The notes beneath the pieces are model-generated. The model had not been told where the DNA came from, made no database searches, and saw only the letters and a program-made list of their open reading frames with translations. 64,000 nucleotides of DNA, from the NCBI GenBank assembly GCA_951406725.2, contig OX597814.1:199144001-199208000 (forward strand), written 5' to 3'. A program made the translations under genes and the position numbers. The number at the start of each line of letters is the position of its first letter. The first letter of the stretch is position 1. This document shows, in pieces, positions 36,326-50,569 of this stretch. The stretch is from Octopus vulgaris (taxonomy: Eukaryota).

Positions 36326-36638
36326 ACACACACACATACACACACACACAAACACGTATGTTTGTCTTTTATGTTTTATCATTTATCTTTTACTTGTTTC
36401 AGTCATTAGACTGCGGCTATGCCGAAGCGCCACCTTGAATTTTTAGTCGAATGAATCCACCTCAATATTTTTGCTTTTAAGCCAGGTACTTATTCTATAG
36501 TTCACTTCTGCCGAACCGCTAGGTTACGGTGATATAAACATACCAACAACGGTTGTTAAGTATTGGTGAAGAACAAATACAGACACAAAGACATACACAC
36601 ATACACACACAATGATACACACACACATATACATACCC

Positions 36639-36687
<49 letters not shown>

Positions 36688-36690
<3 letters not shown>

Positions 36691-37143
36691 GAAATTATAG
36701 AAAAACAAAAAACGAAGACAGGTGTATGAACGACAAGCAAGTGTATTAGTTTGATGCTCGGGAAAATGAAAGTCTTTTACGCTTCGACCCTACGCTCTTC
36801 TGCAGAGAGAGAATGAAAAAAAATGTGCATATTTAGCGGTCCAGCATGGTGAATGATTAGAAAAAGTTTCACAGGAAGGGAGATAATAAAGTGCTGGTGA
36901 TTCCAAATAAAGGTGCCTGTGTATGTGTATCTGTGTGTGAGAATTGTGTGTATGAATAGGGCCTAGTGACTCTGACGTTTGTGATTGTGTTCGTGTGTCC
37001 TTTTTTATGTTTCTGACGAAGAGCTCCGCTCGAAACGTTAAATCCTCCTTCTTTCTTTCCTTTCCTGAGCGTCCAATAACACTATACTTGTTCCACGTCC
37101 TCGCGTTGTTGTGTTTTCTCTTTGTTCATGTTTAGATTAACTA

Positions 37144-37145
<2 letters not shown>
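36688..37145. mobile_element. Diverged inverted pair of Penelope-like terminal repeats
   Basis: Decayed HHR on minus (about 36774-36810) and an HHR on plus (37008-37044), each followed by related T-rich downstream sequence. Confidence 0.55.
37008..37044 (+). ncRNA. Minimal type I HHR (dimer type)
   Basis: tgttt-CTGACGA-a-gagc tcc gctc-GAAAC-GTT-aaatc. Confidence 0.7.
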
Positions 37146-37237
<92 letters not shown>

Positions 37238-38342
37238 ATGTATATATATGCACGTACTTACGTATACGACGAGCTTCTTTCAGTTTCCGTTTACCAAATC
37301 CACTCACAAGGCTTTGGTTGGCCCAAGTCTATTGTAAAAGCCACTTGCCCAACATACCATGCAGTGTGGTTGAACCCGGAACCATATGGTTTGGAAGTTA
37401 GCTTCTTGCTACACAACCACACCAGCGACTATGCGTGTGTGTGTGTTGTATTGTATAAGTGTACCTGTGGAATTTATATCCTCATTTCCTAGAGAATCAA
37501 GTTATCTTTAAAATTTTGAATGACTTGGACGTTTGCAGAGAACCATGAAATAAAAATTTCTTTTGAAATTCTATTTCCTTGCTGCATATAATTCTAAAGA
37601 TGGCGTAAACGCCTCACAAGTAATATTAAAGATGCAGTAATATAAGAGAGTAGCTTTTATAAAGGATATTCTTTGTTATACCCTTGCCTCTTCTTGTGAG
37701 TTATCTATTCATTTTATCTTTACGTCAAAAATGAACGTTCTATATCCAGAGCTACAGACAATTGTTTCTGTTTGAAATTATTGAAAATATGTTGACAGAA
37801 GATATTTATCAAACGTCTTAAACCATTTTATTTATTGAATTCAGTCAAAGACACTATCTATACAGTTATTCTGCTGCGGCACAATTTACTTTAGCAATGG
37901 TTCAACTCTTTGTGTGCTAAAGTTGCACTACATATTTGATCACATGATTTTAAAGAAAAACTTCAAAATACATTGTGATGCGTGGCTGTGTGGTAAGAAG
38001 CTTGCTTCCCAACCACATGATTCCGGGTTCAGTTCCACTACATGGCACCTTCGGTTTGTGTCTTCTACTATAGACTCAGACTGATCAAAGCCTTGTGAGG
38101 GGGTTTGGTCGACGGAAACTGAAAGAAGCCTGTCGTATATGTATATATGTATATATATTTATGTGTCTGTGTCTTTGTGTATAAGTTCGTTCCCTCACCA
38201 ACGCTTGACAACAGAAGCTGGAGAGATTACGTCCCCGTAACTTTGCAGGTCGGCAAAAAAGACCGCTAAGTAAGGAGAGGGAGTAAAGGTATACACACAC
38301 ACATATACATACACACAAACACATTACGTACACACACAGATG

Positions 38343-38435
<93 letters not shown>

Positions 38436-38589
38436 TAAGCTTCTTTCAGTGTTCGTCAACCAACTCCACTCAGAAGGTTTTGGTCAGCCCGAGGCTGTTG
38501 TAGAAGACACTTGTTCAAATCCCCCGCTGTGGGACTGAACCCAGAATGGTGAAGTTGGGAAGCGAAATTCTTACCATACAACCACGCCT

Positions 38590-38795
38590 ATGTATGCATG
38601 TATGTATGCATGTATGTATGCATGTATGTATTCATGTATGCATGTATGCATGTATGCATGTATGCATGCATGTATGTATGCATGCATGCATGCATGTATG
38701 TATGTATGTATGTATGTATGTATGTTTGTATGTATGTACGTATGTTTGTATGTATGTATGTATGTATGTATGTATGTATGTATGTATGTATGTAT
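38590..38795. repeat. (TATG/CATG)n microsatellite
   Basis: Direct reading. Confidence 0.95.
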
Positions 38796-39791
38796 CAATA
38801 CAACCACATATTGATAATATTTTACATAAGCTGTGTGCAATTTCTTGTAACGCCATTTTCTCTACGCTGTACAAATTTGTAGGTCCGCTTTATTCGGTTA
38901 TGCATTTCTCTGCATAACTTCTCATTATTGCCCGCTCAGTTATTGATATAGTTTTTTTTTTTTCTTATGCTTTCAGTCGTCACCGTATTCTGGTTACTCT
39001 AGATTTTTATATTTGGAAAATTTGTCTCTACGTTTTAGAGATCCGTTATCGACTTTCGAGACCAATACTTCGGTGAGAAGACTATTTCTCTCTGGGTCGT
39101 CTTCAGCATCAAGATTTGACTGAGTAACTTCGATGTCTCTGTCTGTCCTGGTTGACATGTATCGTAATACGCTCCCAACTGAAGACTGTAATAACAAGAT
39201 GAAATAAATAAATCGAAAAGGGTAACGAAATATATTTATGTAAACGAATAGAAATGAAAAGAAATAAAAACAATACATCAACAAAATGGCGATGAACCGT
39301 CACCTAAGTTAGATCAGAGCACACCGCGATACCAGCTGCCTTCCACACTGGAATCCGTTACTATTTGTTAGTTGATGTATTTAGAAGGCTTATGAGACAC
39401 CGTCATATTCGACAAGGTAAGAAGCATTCTTAATCGCTCGGGAGAGATCGATTCAGTGATAGTCGATTATTAATGTGGATGTATTCTATATTTTCTTCGT
39501 GACGATTGAATTTTGATTTCATGTCATCATCTGAAATCAACGCATCATCCTCTGTGTCTGCGCTTAATTCGTTAATCACATCTATGTGACTTCGATCGCA
39601 GATGTGCGTGTGAGTGCCTGTGTGTGGGTGACAGTATTAGCGTCTGTGCGTGTGTGAGTGTGCGTGTAGGTAGGTGTATGTGTTAGCATGTGTGTGAACA
39701 TGCGTGTGTGTGTGTGTGTGTGTGATGAATTGCAGCATTGCTGGCGGTTTTTCTGTTTCTGTTTTAAATTCTAAAAAATTCCTTGCTATCA

Positions 39792-39989
39792 GGCGTAGGA
39801 GTGGTTGTGTGCCATAGGCGTAGGAGTGGCTGTGTGGTAAGTAGCTTGTTTACCAACCACATGGTTCCGGGTTCAGTCTCACTGCGTGGCACCTTGGGCA
39901 AGTGTCTTCTACTATAGCCTCGGGCCGACCAAAGCCTTGTGAGTGGATTTGGTAGACGGAAATTGAAAGAAGCCTGTCGTATATATGTG

Positions 39990-40037
<48 letters not shown>

Positions 40038-40249
40038 TGTGTGTGTGTCTGTGTCTGTCCCCCTAGCATTGCTTGACAACCGATGCTGGTGTGTTTATGT
40101 CCCCGTCACTTAGCGGTTCGGCAAAAGAGACCGATAGAATAAGTACTGGGCTTACAAAGAATAAGTCCCGGGGTCGAATTGCTCGATTAAAGGTGGTGCT
40201 CCAGCATGGTCGCACTCAAATGACTGAAACAAGTAAAAGAGTAAAGAGT
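39792..40249 (+). mobile_element. SINE family C, full length, with duplicated first ~20 nt
   Basis: aggcgtaggagtggttgtgtg repeated, then the full consensus. Confidence 0.92.
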
Positions 40250-40446
40250 ATCATTCAGTACCGTGAGACGGTATACTGCAAATTTCCAGTTGGTTTTATT
40301 ATCTAAGACCCGTAAATCCATCCATATTCTGCTTTCTTGTTATTTTCTTGGAAGAATTTATTTGCATGTATTTCGATTTTGTCTCTGCCTCTCTTCTTAA
40401 AGTAAGTTTGCATATTATATATTTATGAAGTTAATTATGTATACAG

Positions 40447-40820
40447 GGGCAGGTGTGGTAAGAAGCTTGCTTCTCAACCACATGGTCCCGGGTTCAATAC
40501 CACTGCGTGGCACCTTGGGCAAGTATCTTCTGCTATAGCCTCAGGCTGACCAAAGCCTTGTGAATGGATTTGTGTGTGTGTGTCTATGTGTGTGTGTGTG
40601 TGTGTGTCTATGTGTGTGTGTCTATGTGTGTCTGTGTTTGTCCCACCGCTTGACAACCGATGTTGGTGTATTTACGTCATCGTAAGTGGTTCGGCAAAAG
40701 AGACCGATACAATAAGTACTAGACTTACAAAGAATAAGTCCTGGGGTTGATTTCTTCGACTAAAGGTGGTGCCCCAGCATGGCCGCACTCAAAATGACTG
40801 AAACATGTAAAAGAATAAAA
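40447..40820 (+). mobile_element. SINE family C
   Basis: Family match. Confidence 0.85.
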
Positions 40821-43364
40821 AAAAAATAGCATACATTGCTGTTGACTGCAATATAAATATCGAACTCGCTACATCATATCCATACTCGAAAAAGGTACGG
40901 ACGTCCCTGGACGTCTCACCGAAGTATAATCTCGAAAGGCAATAATGGATCTCTAAAACATATAGACAAATCTTCCAAATATAAAAATCTAGAGTAACCA
41001 GAATATGGTGACGACTGAGAGTACAAATAAAAATAAAAAAAACTGCGAAGCTGAAAGGGCAACATTGACGTAAGGTTGGGGGTTTTGTTTTTAGTGTACC
41101 TAAAACCTAAAACACATATCTTAATCACTGAATTACCACGGCCTCATCGTAGCTTCTCATATTGGCAATAAATGGTTCATCGATGTGTTTCCCCCATGAC
41201 GGATCGTTATCGACAAGCAGAGATTTTCTAGCATGCGTTATTATTTCGACACCGGGGCTAATTTTACAACTGGAGTTCTCTAGGGTATCAATACTTTAGT
41301 GAAAAAGTATATGGAGCTTTCCCAGGAGATCTAGAATGTCTCTTGCTTTGACCTTCTGAATGCATCAACTTACAACAAGGGATTCCAGTGTGAAGACAGC
41401 CTGCTTTGTGGTATGAAAAGTTAATAAATTTCGCTTCACAGAAATTATTCCGAGCTTAAATCCTCAATGCAGCATCTTGGACAAGTATCTTTTACTAGAA
41501 ACATTAGTCGATCCAAGACTTATGAGTAATATTGGACAGATTGAAAGCGTGGGAGCATACATGATGGACAGCACAAATAGTTCAAATCGCTGACCTACAC
41601 ACGACAGGCTTCTTTCGGTTTCCGTCTACCAAATCCACTCACAAGGCTTTTGTCGGCCCGCCCAAGGTGCCACGCAGTGGCACTGAACCCGGACCCATGT
41701 GGTTGGTAAGCAAGCTACTTACCACACAGCCACTCCTGCGCCTGTCTTCTTCAGGATTCTTTTTAATGTTCTTTGCGTTCTAAGGATGAGGATAAATTCG
41801 AACACTAAGAGTATTCTTGGGCAAAACAGCTTAAATAGACATAATGATAGAATAATGCTTTTTGAATTCCATAATTAGCGGGAAATGTGGCGCTTCCGTT
41901 ATCCTGCTTGATGCGAGTTGGCAGGAGAGAATGAGCGAGGAAAATTCCGTTTTCATTTCATTTATTCATTAGTTATTTTGTGGCAGCATTCACATTATTC
42001 AAAAAGAATATTTAGATCGGTGAAAATTTGAAATCTATATTTTTATTTCTATTTCTTCAGCTTTTTATTGATTTTTATTTCTTCCCTGCAATTGCAAATA
42101 TTCTGGTTTGATGGATGGAAATGATAAAATATTTAGGTTAAATTTGCCTTGATTTCAAAATAATTTTTTAAAAGACCGAATTATTTCACCCATTTCTAAT
42201 ACAGAGAATTCAAATCTGTTTTAGCTGCTTTACTATACGAAAATCTTTACTGACACGAAAGGGAAATACCATTCTTTATATTTCCTGTCATTCTCAATGA
42301 TTTTCCGTTTATTTTTATGCTTCTGCAGCACGATACTTGTATGGTCATGTGGTTAAGAAATCATTTCTCAATCACGTTATTCTAAGTTCGAACCAGAAGA
42401 TATCCGTCTTTACCTATAACTTTTAGTTGACCAAAAAATACAAGAGTGAAATTGAGACGACCAGAATTATGTGGCAGCCCGTCAGACGGGCTGTACTTGG
42501 TATTGAGCGTTAAGCTTAACTTCTCTCTCGATTAAACATCAACATCTTGCCCTCGGAGAACTTTAGCAGGGTCTGATCTATTGCTAGCATTTGAACAAGC
42601 TCTCCAATTTGATATGATTACGAGTTGTGGTTTGTTAGTCACTTTTCTCTCTTGAAGGTTTTGCAAAATGTAATCATTTCACGTTGCTGCGGTCCACTCA
42701 GCTGTAAATAAATAATTTTGCGACAGACTGAGGTCTCGTTCAGGGGAAGGTTGTGATCTCAGTCATAAATATACCTTAGAAACCGGGTGTCTGAATTCTA
42801 GAGCTGCAGACAGTAACATCTAGGTTTAAGAGTGCCCTCGTTTGACAATGAGGATTCAGGTATACAATCAACTGGATTACCTTCGCCTTCATTAATCCTT
42901 AGTCTACAAGTACGCTTTAGCAGGCGCGATTTCATTTGACCCTGGAAGACGCAAAAGCAGCCGATCGATGATTTTTTTCTCCACAGCGTTATGTTTTAAG
43001 GCGTAAACACAAAACCAGGTGGCTGCCAGATTTTATGTCTTCCAGAAATCGTCAAACGAAATCGTGTACGCCAAAGTGTACTGGAGAGTTCAAAGAGTTA
43101 ACATGTAAGCGGTTGAGTGTTCCTCAGACTCGTAATTCTCAGGAGAATTAGCATGAGTCAGTGTGTGATAAGCTGTACCTCTTGAATCGTATATACAATT
43201 CACCCGGCGGGCTTCGACATAGTTTATGCCAACCCAAGGTAAGGGTAGACACTAGGCCATGAAAATCGACGCATTCATAATATAACACACCTGGAGATCG
43301 AATCCGAGAAGCGAACTTCCTAAACACTTGGCCATACTGTGCTTACTAGACTAAGCCATAATAA

Positions 43365-43916
43365 TGCTTTCTACGATATGCACAAGGCCTGAAATGTCAG
43401 GGGAGGGAGGGAAATAGTTGATTACATCGACCCCAGTGTTCAACTGGTATCTATTTAATCGATCCCGAAGGGAGGAAAGCAAAGAGGTCCTCGGTGAAAT
43501 TTAAACTCAGAGCGAAAAGTCGGACGAAATGCCGCTAAGCATTTGGCACAAGGCCAGCAACTTCCAGGTAGGGTTTACTCGATTGCATCGACCACAATAA
43601 TTAACTGGTATTTATTTTATCGACCGCAAATGAATGAAAGATAAAGCTGACCTCGACGGAATTTTAACTCAGAAAGTAAACATTTTTTTCGGTGTGCTAA
43701 CTCATTGTCTACAAGGGGCTAAACATAGAGGGGACAAACAAGGACAGACAAACGGATTCAGTCAATTACATCGACCCCAGTGCGTAACTGGTACTTAATT
43801 TATCGACTCCGAAAGAATGAAAGGGCAAAGTCGACCTCGGCAGAATTTGAACTCAGAACGTAGCGACGGGCGAAATACCGCTAAAGATTTCGCCCGGCGT
43901 GCTAACGATTCCGCCA

Positions 43917-43917
<1 letters not shown>
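43365..43917 (-). mobile_element. Cluster of three SINE A copies followed by (TAT)n at 43918-43993
   Basis: Repeated atcgaccccagtg..aactggta..aactcaga motifs. Confidence 0.8.
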
Positions 43918-43994
<77 letters not shown>

Positions 43995-44822
43995 TCTTCT
44001 TCTTAATACATAAAACAGATATTTTGCCTTCCATACTCGTCTTCTTTTACTGTCAACTTTTATATTGTTTTTGTCGGTTTGTTTCAATAATTCCTAATCG
44101 CACTCAGCGCAAATGACATTCTTCTACTCGATACAATGAAATCTTCAGCTTTAAAATGTTATTTCGTTGCTGCCTAATAATTTCAAGATATTACAACAAA
44201 ATTATTTTTGTGTGCGTGCTTAATCTAATCCAATCTGAACTACTCTCCAAAATATTATTTGTCTCTTTTACATTAATTCTCATTGATTTTGAAAACTTTT
44301 GGTAAAAAAAAACATCAAATTTTAAAATTTTACATTGTATGTTTTTCTATTTTAATTATTTTAATCAACAATCTAGAGCCAATTGACATCTTGTGAAATT
44401 ATGACAGAAATTTCAAAAACGTATTCATATAAGTTATAATTATAATTTCGAATACTTCCTCTGCTTTGAAAAACGTTATAGACTAATTTTTAACGGCCAT
44501 AATGACAACTGTTGTAATATAACAATTGAAACTGACAGACACATCGTTGTCATTTAAATATATACATCTCATTTATCGTGGGTGTTTGGTTCCAAAATAA
44601 AACCGTGTTGAATGAATCAGTGATAAATGAATAATAGAATATACGGGGTAAATAAGTTTCCTTTCGAGATCCCAAGTTCTCCTGAGTATTATGATTGGTG
44701 GTTGGGGTGTGCTTTTGCGGTTCAAGCAGAATCTTTCAATGATCGCCGACCGGTGTTAAAACATATCAATCCGTGATAAGCGTGAAAGGGATCACAGTTA
44801 GCACTCCATGTTAACACGAATC

Positions 44823-45136
44823 CTTTTTCCTTTGCGCCCTTTTCAAACCTAGTCCAGGCTCATGGGCCCGGTTTCCCGGTTTCTATAGGGGTATGTGTTC
44901 CCCCCAGCTGGACGGGACGCCACTCCATCGCTGCGTTACTCAAGAAACAGGAAGAGAGAGTGAGAGAAAGTTGGGGCGAAAGACTATAACAGGGGTCGCC
45001 ACCCACCCCCTGCCGGAGCTCGTGGAGCTTTAGGTGTTTTCACTTAATAAACACACACAACGCCCGGTTTGGGAATCGAAACCGCGATCATCCGACCGCG
45101 AGTTCGCTGCCCTAACCACTGGGGCATTGCGCCTCC
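44823..45136 (-). mobile_element. SINE with family B head and family D-type tail, TSD ca(t/c)gtta(a/t)cacgaatc
   Basis: Head reverse-matches 3663; tail matches the 50940-51040 region. Confidence 0.88.
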
Positions 45137-45717
45137 ACGTTATCACGAATCAGGGATGAATAAATCAGTGATGAATGAGGATACATGCAATAGATAACAC
45201 AGTTAAACGATGGTTATCATCATCAGGAATATTTTAAATGGGGTCTTATCTTAAGATCTTTCTGAGATCCACCTTTCCTCCTTTACGCCATGAACATCTC
45301 CTTTGAGCGTTTGTTCTCGTTTTTTGTTTTGTTATTGTTTTGCATAATGTTCATGGTTTATGATTAATGAGCTTTTCCAGATCTTCTGAGATCGTTTACA
45401 GCCTGGTCTTGTTTGACGGGCGCTCTTGTTTACTTGTTCCTCATAGCCAGATACCTCTGGCTTGTTTCTATGGCAACCTACAATGATCTGTTCCACTCAC
45501 ATGGCTGGGCACACAAAACTGTCGTTTCAGAATGAATTGGGGAAATCCTCAGTCGATAAAACTAAATTCGTTGAATGTGATTTCTCCGCAAGCGGTTGAT
45601 CTGTGATAACACAAGGACGCGGCTGATGCATCATATTTGAACGGTTTCCATCATATTTAAATCTCAGCGGAGTAATTTCCAAGAATTGGCGCTAGACCAT
45701 AATATAGAAATTGCATA

Positions 45718-46101
45718 TCTCTCTCTATATAAACGGCAGTTTGTCTGTGCGTGTTTCTGTGTGTCTGTTTGCTTGTACCCTCACCCTGACCACGGCTTTC
45801 AACCGATTCTGATGAAACTTGACACACACATAGCCCAATGTCATAATTCAAAACTAACGCAGCGAAAATTTTGAAAAGTTCCCCCAGTTCTGAAAAAAAT
45901 CGATAAATTCGACATGGGGTCGAGAATCAGAAACACAAACCGCAAACTGTCTAGGGGACGCAACTCCACCTTTTTTTACTCTCAAACAAAATTTACCATA
46001 ATTTTTTTCCATTTTTTTGCTATTTTTTGGCTATAACTCTCTAAAAATGCTTTATAGTTATTTCCCTTACAAACCTGAGCAACGCCGGGCGATACTGCTA
46101 G
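45718..46101 (+). mobile_element. Non-autonomous Helitron
   Basis: A|TC start, internal (tgtc/gttt) tract, subterminal hairpin cctgagc-aac-gccggg, CTAG|T end. Confidence 0.85.
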
Positions 46102-46440
46102 TGATTGATAAATGTGAACACTGGCGTGCGTAATGAGGCATTCTGTTGTTTCGAAACATACTAATTAAGGAGCCTAGAGGCTGTTGGTGCTAACTCAATT
46201 CTTGTAGTTTTATCATAATGATGCAGCGATTTCGATTTTATTTTACACCTTATGATTCAATGCATTAAATCATAGTGATTTGCTTCAGCCGCAAATTGTT
46301 CTAATTGGCAACTGGAGCTTCTAATGTGACATTAATTAAATAAGACAAATCTGCTGGTATTATGAATATTGATATTAAGAACCAGTTGCGAAGTTATGTT
46401 TTGGATATTTTGGAAGAGAGCGTTCTGTTTCATTTCTGTA

Positions 46441-47025
46441 TTCTTTTATTCTTTTATTTGTTTGTCATTTTGACGGCGGCCATGTTGGAGCACCGCCTTT
46501 AGTCGAGCAAATCGACCCCAGGACTTATTATTTGAACGCCTGGTACTTATCCTATCGGAATTTTTGCCGAACCGCTAAGTTACAGGAACGTAAACACACT
46601 AGCATCGGTTGTCAGGCGATGGTGTGGGGACAAGCACAGACACACAAACACACACACACACGCACACATACATATATACGACTGGCTTCTTTCAGTTTCC
46701 GTCTACCAAATCTACTCACAAGGCTTTGGTCGACCCGAGCACAAGACACTTGCTCAACGTGCCTGCAGTGGGACTGAACCCCAAACCATGTGGTTGGTAA
46801 GCAAGCTACATATCACATACTTGTATGTGTTGTATTTTGGGAGCTCATTTTACCAATAAAAACACACGCACTGAATCTATTTGATTTTTTAAAATTATTA
46901 ACATACGTAAACAATTTAACTAACAGTTAACTAATCAATTCCATGATGACTCGTCGATGACACTTCCCCGGACTCATGTGGTTGAGTCCGGGCAAGCTAC
47001 TTACCACACAGCCACTCCTGCGCCT
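46441..47025 (-). mobile_element. SINE family C interrupted by a ~150-bp segment duplicated at 51875-52032
   Basis: The head is split at gcaagctac. Confidence 0.75.
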
Positions 47026-47460
47026 ATCAGCAACAATTTCACTATAGTAATTAAGCATAGCATCTAAATTAGTGAGCAACGAACCGTAACGAACTTATTT
47101 GACAAGATCAATAGCTATGCGGTCTTTTATGTTTTATCTTCTATATGCTTCATTGGTTGCACTGCGGCGATGCTGGAGTACCGTAATGAAGGATTTTAGT
47201 AGACAAATCGACGCCAGTACTTGTGATTTAAAAGTCTGTTACTAATACCATCAGCTTCTTTTTGCCGAAATGCTAAATCACGGGAAAATAAACAAACCAA
47301 TACTGGTTGTCAAGCAGTGTTGGAGTGGTGACAAATACAGATAGAAAGATACACACATATACATATGCAGTGGGATGTGCTAACGATTCTGCTAAATCGC
47401 GACATTTTTTTTTTTCAGAAAAAGAATAATAAAGACGAAAAAATAAATGAGACATTCCCT

Positions 47461-47756
47461 TTATTCTTTTATTCTTTTACTTGTTTCAGTCATTTGACTC
47501 CGGCCATACTGGAGCACCGCCTTTAGTCGAATCAAATCGACCCAGGACTTATTCTTTATAAGCCTGGTACTTATTTCATCGGTTTCATATATGCGACGGG
47601 TTTCTTTCAGTTTCCGTCTACCAAATCCACTCACAAGACTTTGGTCGGCCCGAGGCTATGGTAGAAGACACTTACCCAAGGTGCCACGCCGTGGGACTGA
47701 ACCCGGAACTATGTGGTTGGCAATCAAGCTACTTACCACACAGCCACTCCTGCGCC
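47461..47756 (-). mobile_element. SINE family C (internal deletion)
   Basis: Family match. Confidence 0.85.
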
Positions 47757-48283
47757 CTTGTGCATGAACAGCACATAAAGTGCAAACGCCCTCGTGGTGC
47801 GAAAGTATATAAGCGCCCAGGTTATGCGTTTATATATGTGCTTGAAATTCGGTGATAATTACTTTTCCCTTATTGTCGATACTCTGATGAGTGCACTTAT
47901 AAAACAACTGCAGAAATGGATGGCACAGCTATATGAAGGGTACCAGAGGGATTTTAATCACCTATGGTCCTCAAGCATACGCGAGTACAATTGGCACCCC
48001 TTCGGTTATGGTGACGAGGGTTCCGGTTGATTAATCAATGGAACAGACTGTTCGAGAATTTAACGTGCAAGCAGCTGAGTATTCCACAGACATGCGTGCT
48101 CTTAAGTAGGTTCTCAGGGAGATTCATCATGACACACAGTGTGACAAGACTGACCCTTTGAAATGCAGATACTACTCATTTTTGCCAGCTGAGTTGGACT
48201 GGAGCAACGAGAAATAAAGGGTCTTGCTCGTCGGTAGAACGCGCTGCCGGGAATCGAACTCGCGTCCTTACGATCGTGAGCCT

Positions 48284-48888
48284 AATACCTATTTCATTAC
48301 TACCCACCAGGGGCTAAACATAAAGGAGAAAAAACAAGGACAGAAAAACGGATTAAGTCGATTATATCGACCCCAGTGCGTAACTGGTACTTATTTAATC
48401 GACCCCCGAAAGGATGAAAGGCAAAGTCGACCTCGGCGGAATTTGAACTCAGAACGTAGCGGCAGATGAAATACCTATTTCTTTACTACCCACAAGGGGC
48501 TAAACACAGGGAGGACAAACAAGGACAGACAAATGGATTAAGTCGATTATATCGACTCCAGTGCGTAACTGGTACGTAATTTATCGACCCCCGAAAGGAT
48601 GAAAGGCAAAGTCGACCTCGACGGAATTTGAACTCACAACGTAATGGCAGACGAAATACCGATTTCTTTACTACCCACAAGGGGCTAAACACAGAGACGA
48701 CAAACAAGGACAGACAAACGGATTAAGTCGATTACATTGGCCCCAGTGCGTAACTGATACTTATTTAATCGACCCCAAAAGGATGAAAGGCAAAGTCGAC
48801 CTCGGTGGAATTTGAACTCACAACGTAACGACAGACGAAATACCGCTAAGCATTTCGCCCGGCGTGCTAACTTTTCTGCAAGCTCGCC
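48284..48888 (-). mobile_element. SINE family A array, head plus three ~185-bp units
   Basis: tacc(t/g)atttc junctions at 48286, 48472 and 48657; head from 48841. Confidence 0.9.
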
Positions 48889-48936
48889 GACTTTCGTAAG
48901 ACGAATATCCTAACCGCTAAGCAACGCGCAAGCAAA

Positions 48937-49004
<68 letters not shown>

Positions 49005-49060
49005 CAAACACACACACAAACACACACACACATACATACACACACGGGCGCAAGCATATA

Positions 49061-49392
49061 CTCTTTTACTCTTTTACTTGTTTCAGTCATTTGACTGCAG
49101 CCATGCTGGAGCACCACCTTTTAGTACTTATTCTATCGGTCTCTTTTTGCCGAACCGCTAAGTGACGGGGACGTAAACACACCAGCATCGGTTGTCAAGC
49201 AATGCTAGGGGGACAAACACAGACACACAAACACACACACATATACATATATATACATATATACGACAGGCTTCTTTCAGTTTCCGTCTACCAAATCCAC
49301 TCACAAGGCATTGGTCGGCCCGGGGCTATAGCAGAAGACACTTGCCCAAGATGCCACGCAGTGGGACTGAACCCGCAACCGTGTGGTTGGTA
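49061..49392 (-). mobile_element. SINE family C, 5'-truncated
   Basis: Family match. Confidence 0.85.
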
Positions 49393-49670
49393 AAATTCTC
49401 CGAATTAAAGAAAAAGCAGTTTGGTTCGCTGGAGACAAGACGGCAATCGTAGACACCTGTTTGTGCATCAGCAAGCGCCATCAGAGCAGCTGTTCTCGTA
49501 CAATGAACTGAGTAAATGGCATATTCAGACACATATACGAGGAAGAAGCGTTTATGGCCTCAGGTCATACGCAGGATTTACTAGAAAGTCAGTGACTAAT
49601 AATCATTCGTATACATACATATATATAGGTATTCATACACACACACGTATGTCTATGTGTGCGCACATAT

Positions 49671-49706
<36 letters not shown>

Positions 49707-50063
49707 TTCGATGTTTCGCTAAACAAACACGAGCGATAGAACTCGGTACATGAGTATAAATAAGATATAAATAATAAGTACAGACACACATGTAAATATA
49801 CGTACATAGATATACACACACATACACACACATGTATAAAGATAGTAAGTACACACACATATGTATATATACGGACATAGATACGCGATTGCGTACAGAC
49901 ACACGCATATAGTTTTCATTTTGTATTTGGTTTGCAAGTTTCTTAATGTGAATTCATGCGTTGAAATAATTATTGCCGTGTCTAGGGAGGAGGAAGGGTC
50001 ATTATGTCAGTGAAAATAAAAATAAAAACACGTACTTCTTTATTTTAAATAATGACAGAGAGA

Positions 50064-50454
50064 GAAGCACTCCGTCGGTTACGACGATGAGGGTTCCGGT
50101 TGATCCGAATCAACGGAACAGCCTGCTCGTGAAATTAACGTGTAAGTGGCTGAGTACTCCACAGAGACGTGTACCCTTAACGTAGTTCTCGGGGATATTC
50201 AGCGTGACACAGAGAGTGACAAGGCCGGCCCTTTGAAATACAGGTACAACAGAAACAGGAAGTAAGAGTGAGAGAAAGTTGTGGCGAAAGAGTACAGCAG
50301 GGATCACCACCATCCCCTGCCTCGTGGAGCTTTAGGTGTTTTCGCTCAATAAACACTCACAACGCCCGGTCTGGGAATCGAAACCGCGATCCTATGCCCT
50401 AACCACTGGGCCATTGCGAGTCCGCTGCCCTAACCACTGGGCCATTGCGCCTCC
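50064..50454 (-). mobile_element. SINE family B (tail type 2), TSD tttaaataatga
   Basis: TSD at 50044-50055 and 50457-50468; same tail as the 52457 copy. Confidence 0.9.
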
Positions 50455-50569
50455 ACTTTAAATAATGAACCTCCCCAGACACAACAATATACCTCGTGTA
50501 ACTACATGTGGATTGTTAGGTAATTTTTCTCCTCTGCCTTTCTTTTCTCTTGGACTTTCTTCTGTCTCC

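Noticed and set aside
45805-45825. CTGATGAAAC as a hammerhead
   Set aside because: No stems; internal Helitron sequence
47881-47930. CTGATGA-gtgca..tgca-GAAA HHR-like motif
   Set aside because: No NUH triplet or stems I and III; at best a remnant
48284-48888. Regularly spaced repeats resembling a CRISPR array
   Set aside because: Whole ~185-bp units repeat with no unique spacers, there are no cas genes, and the context is eukaryotic
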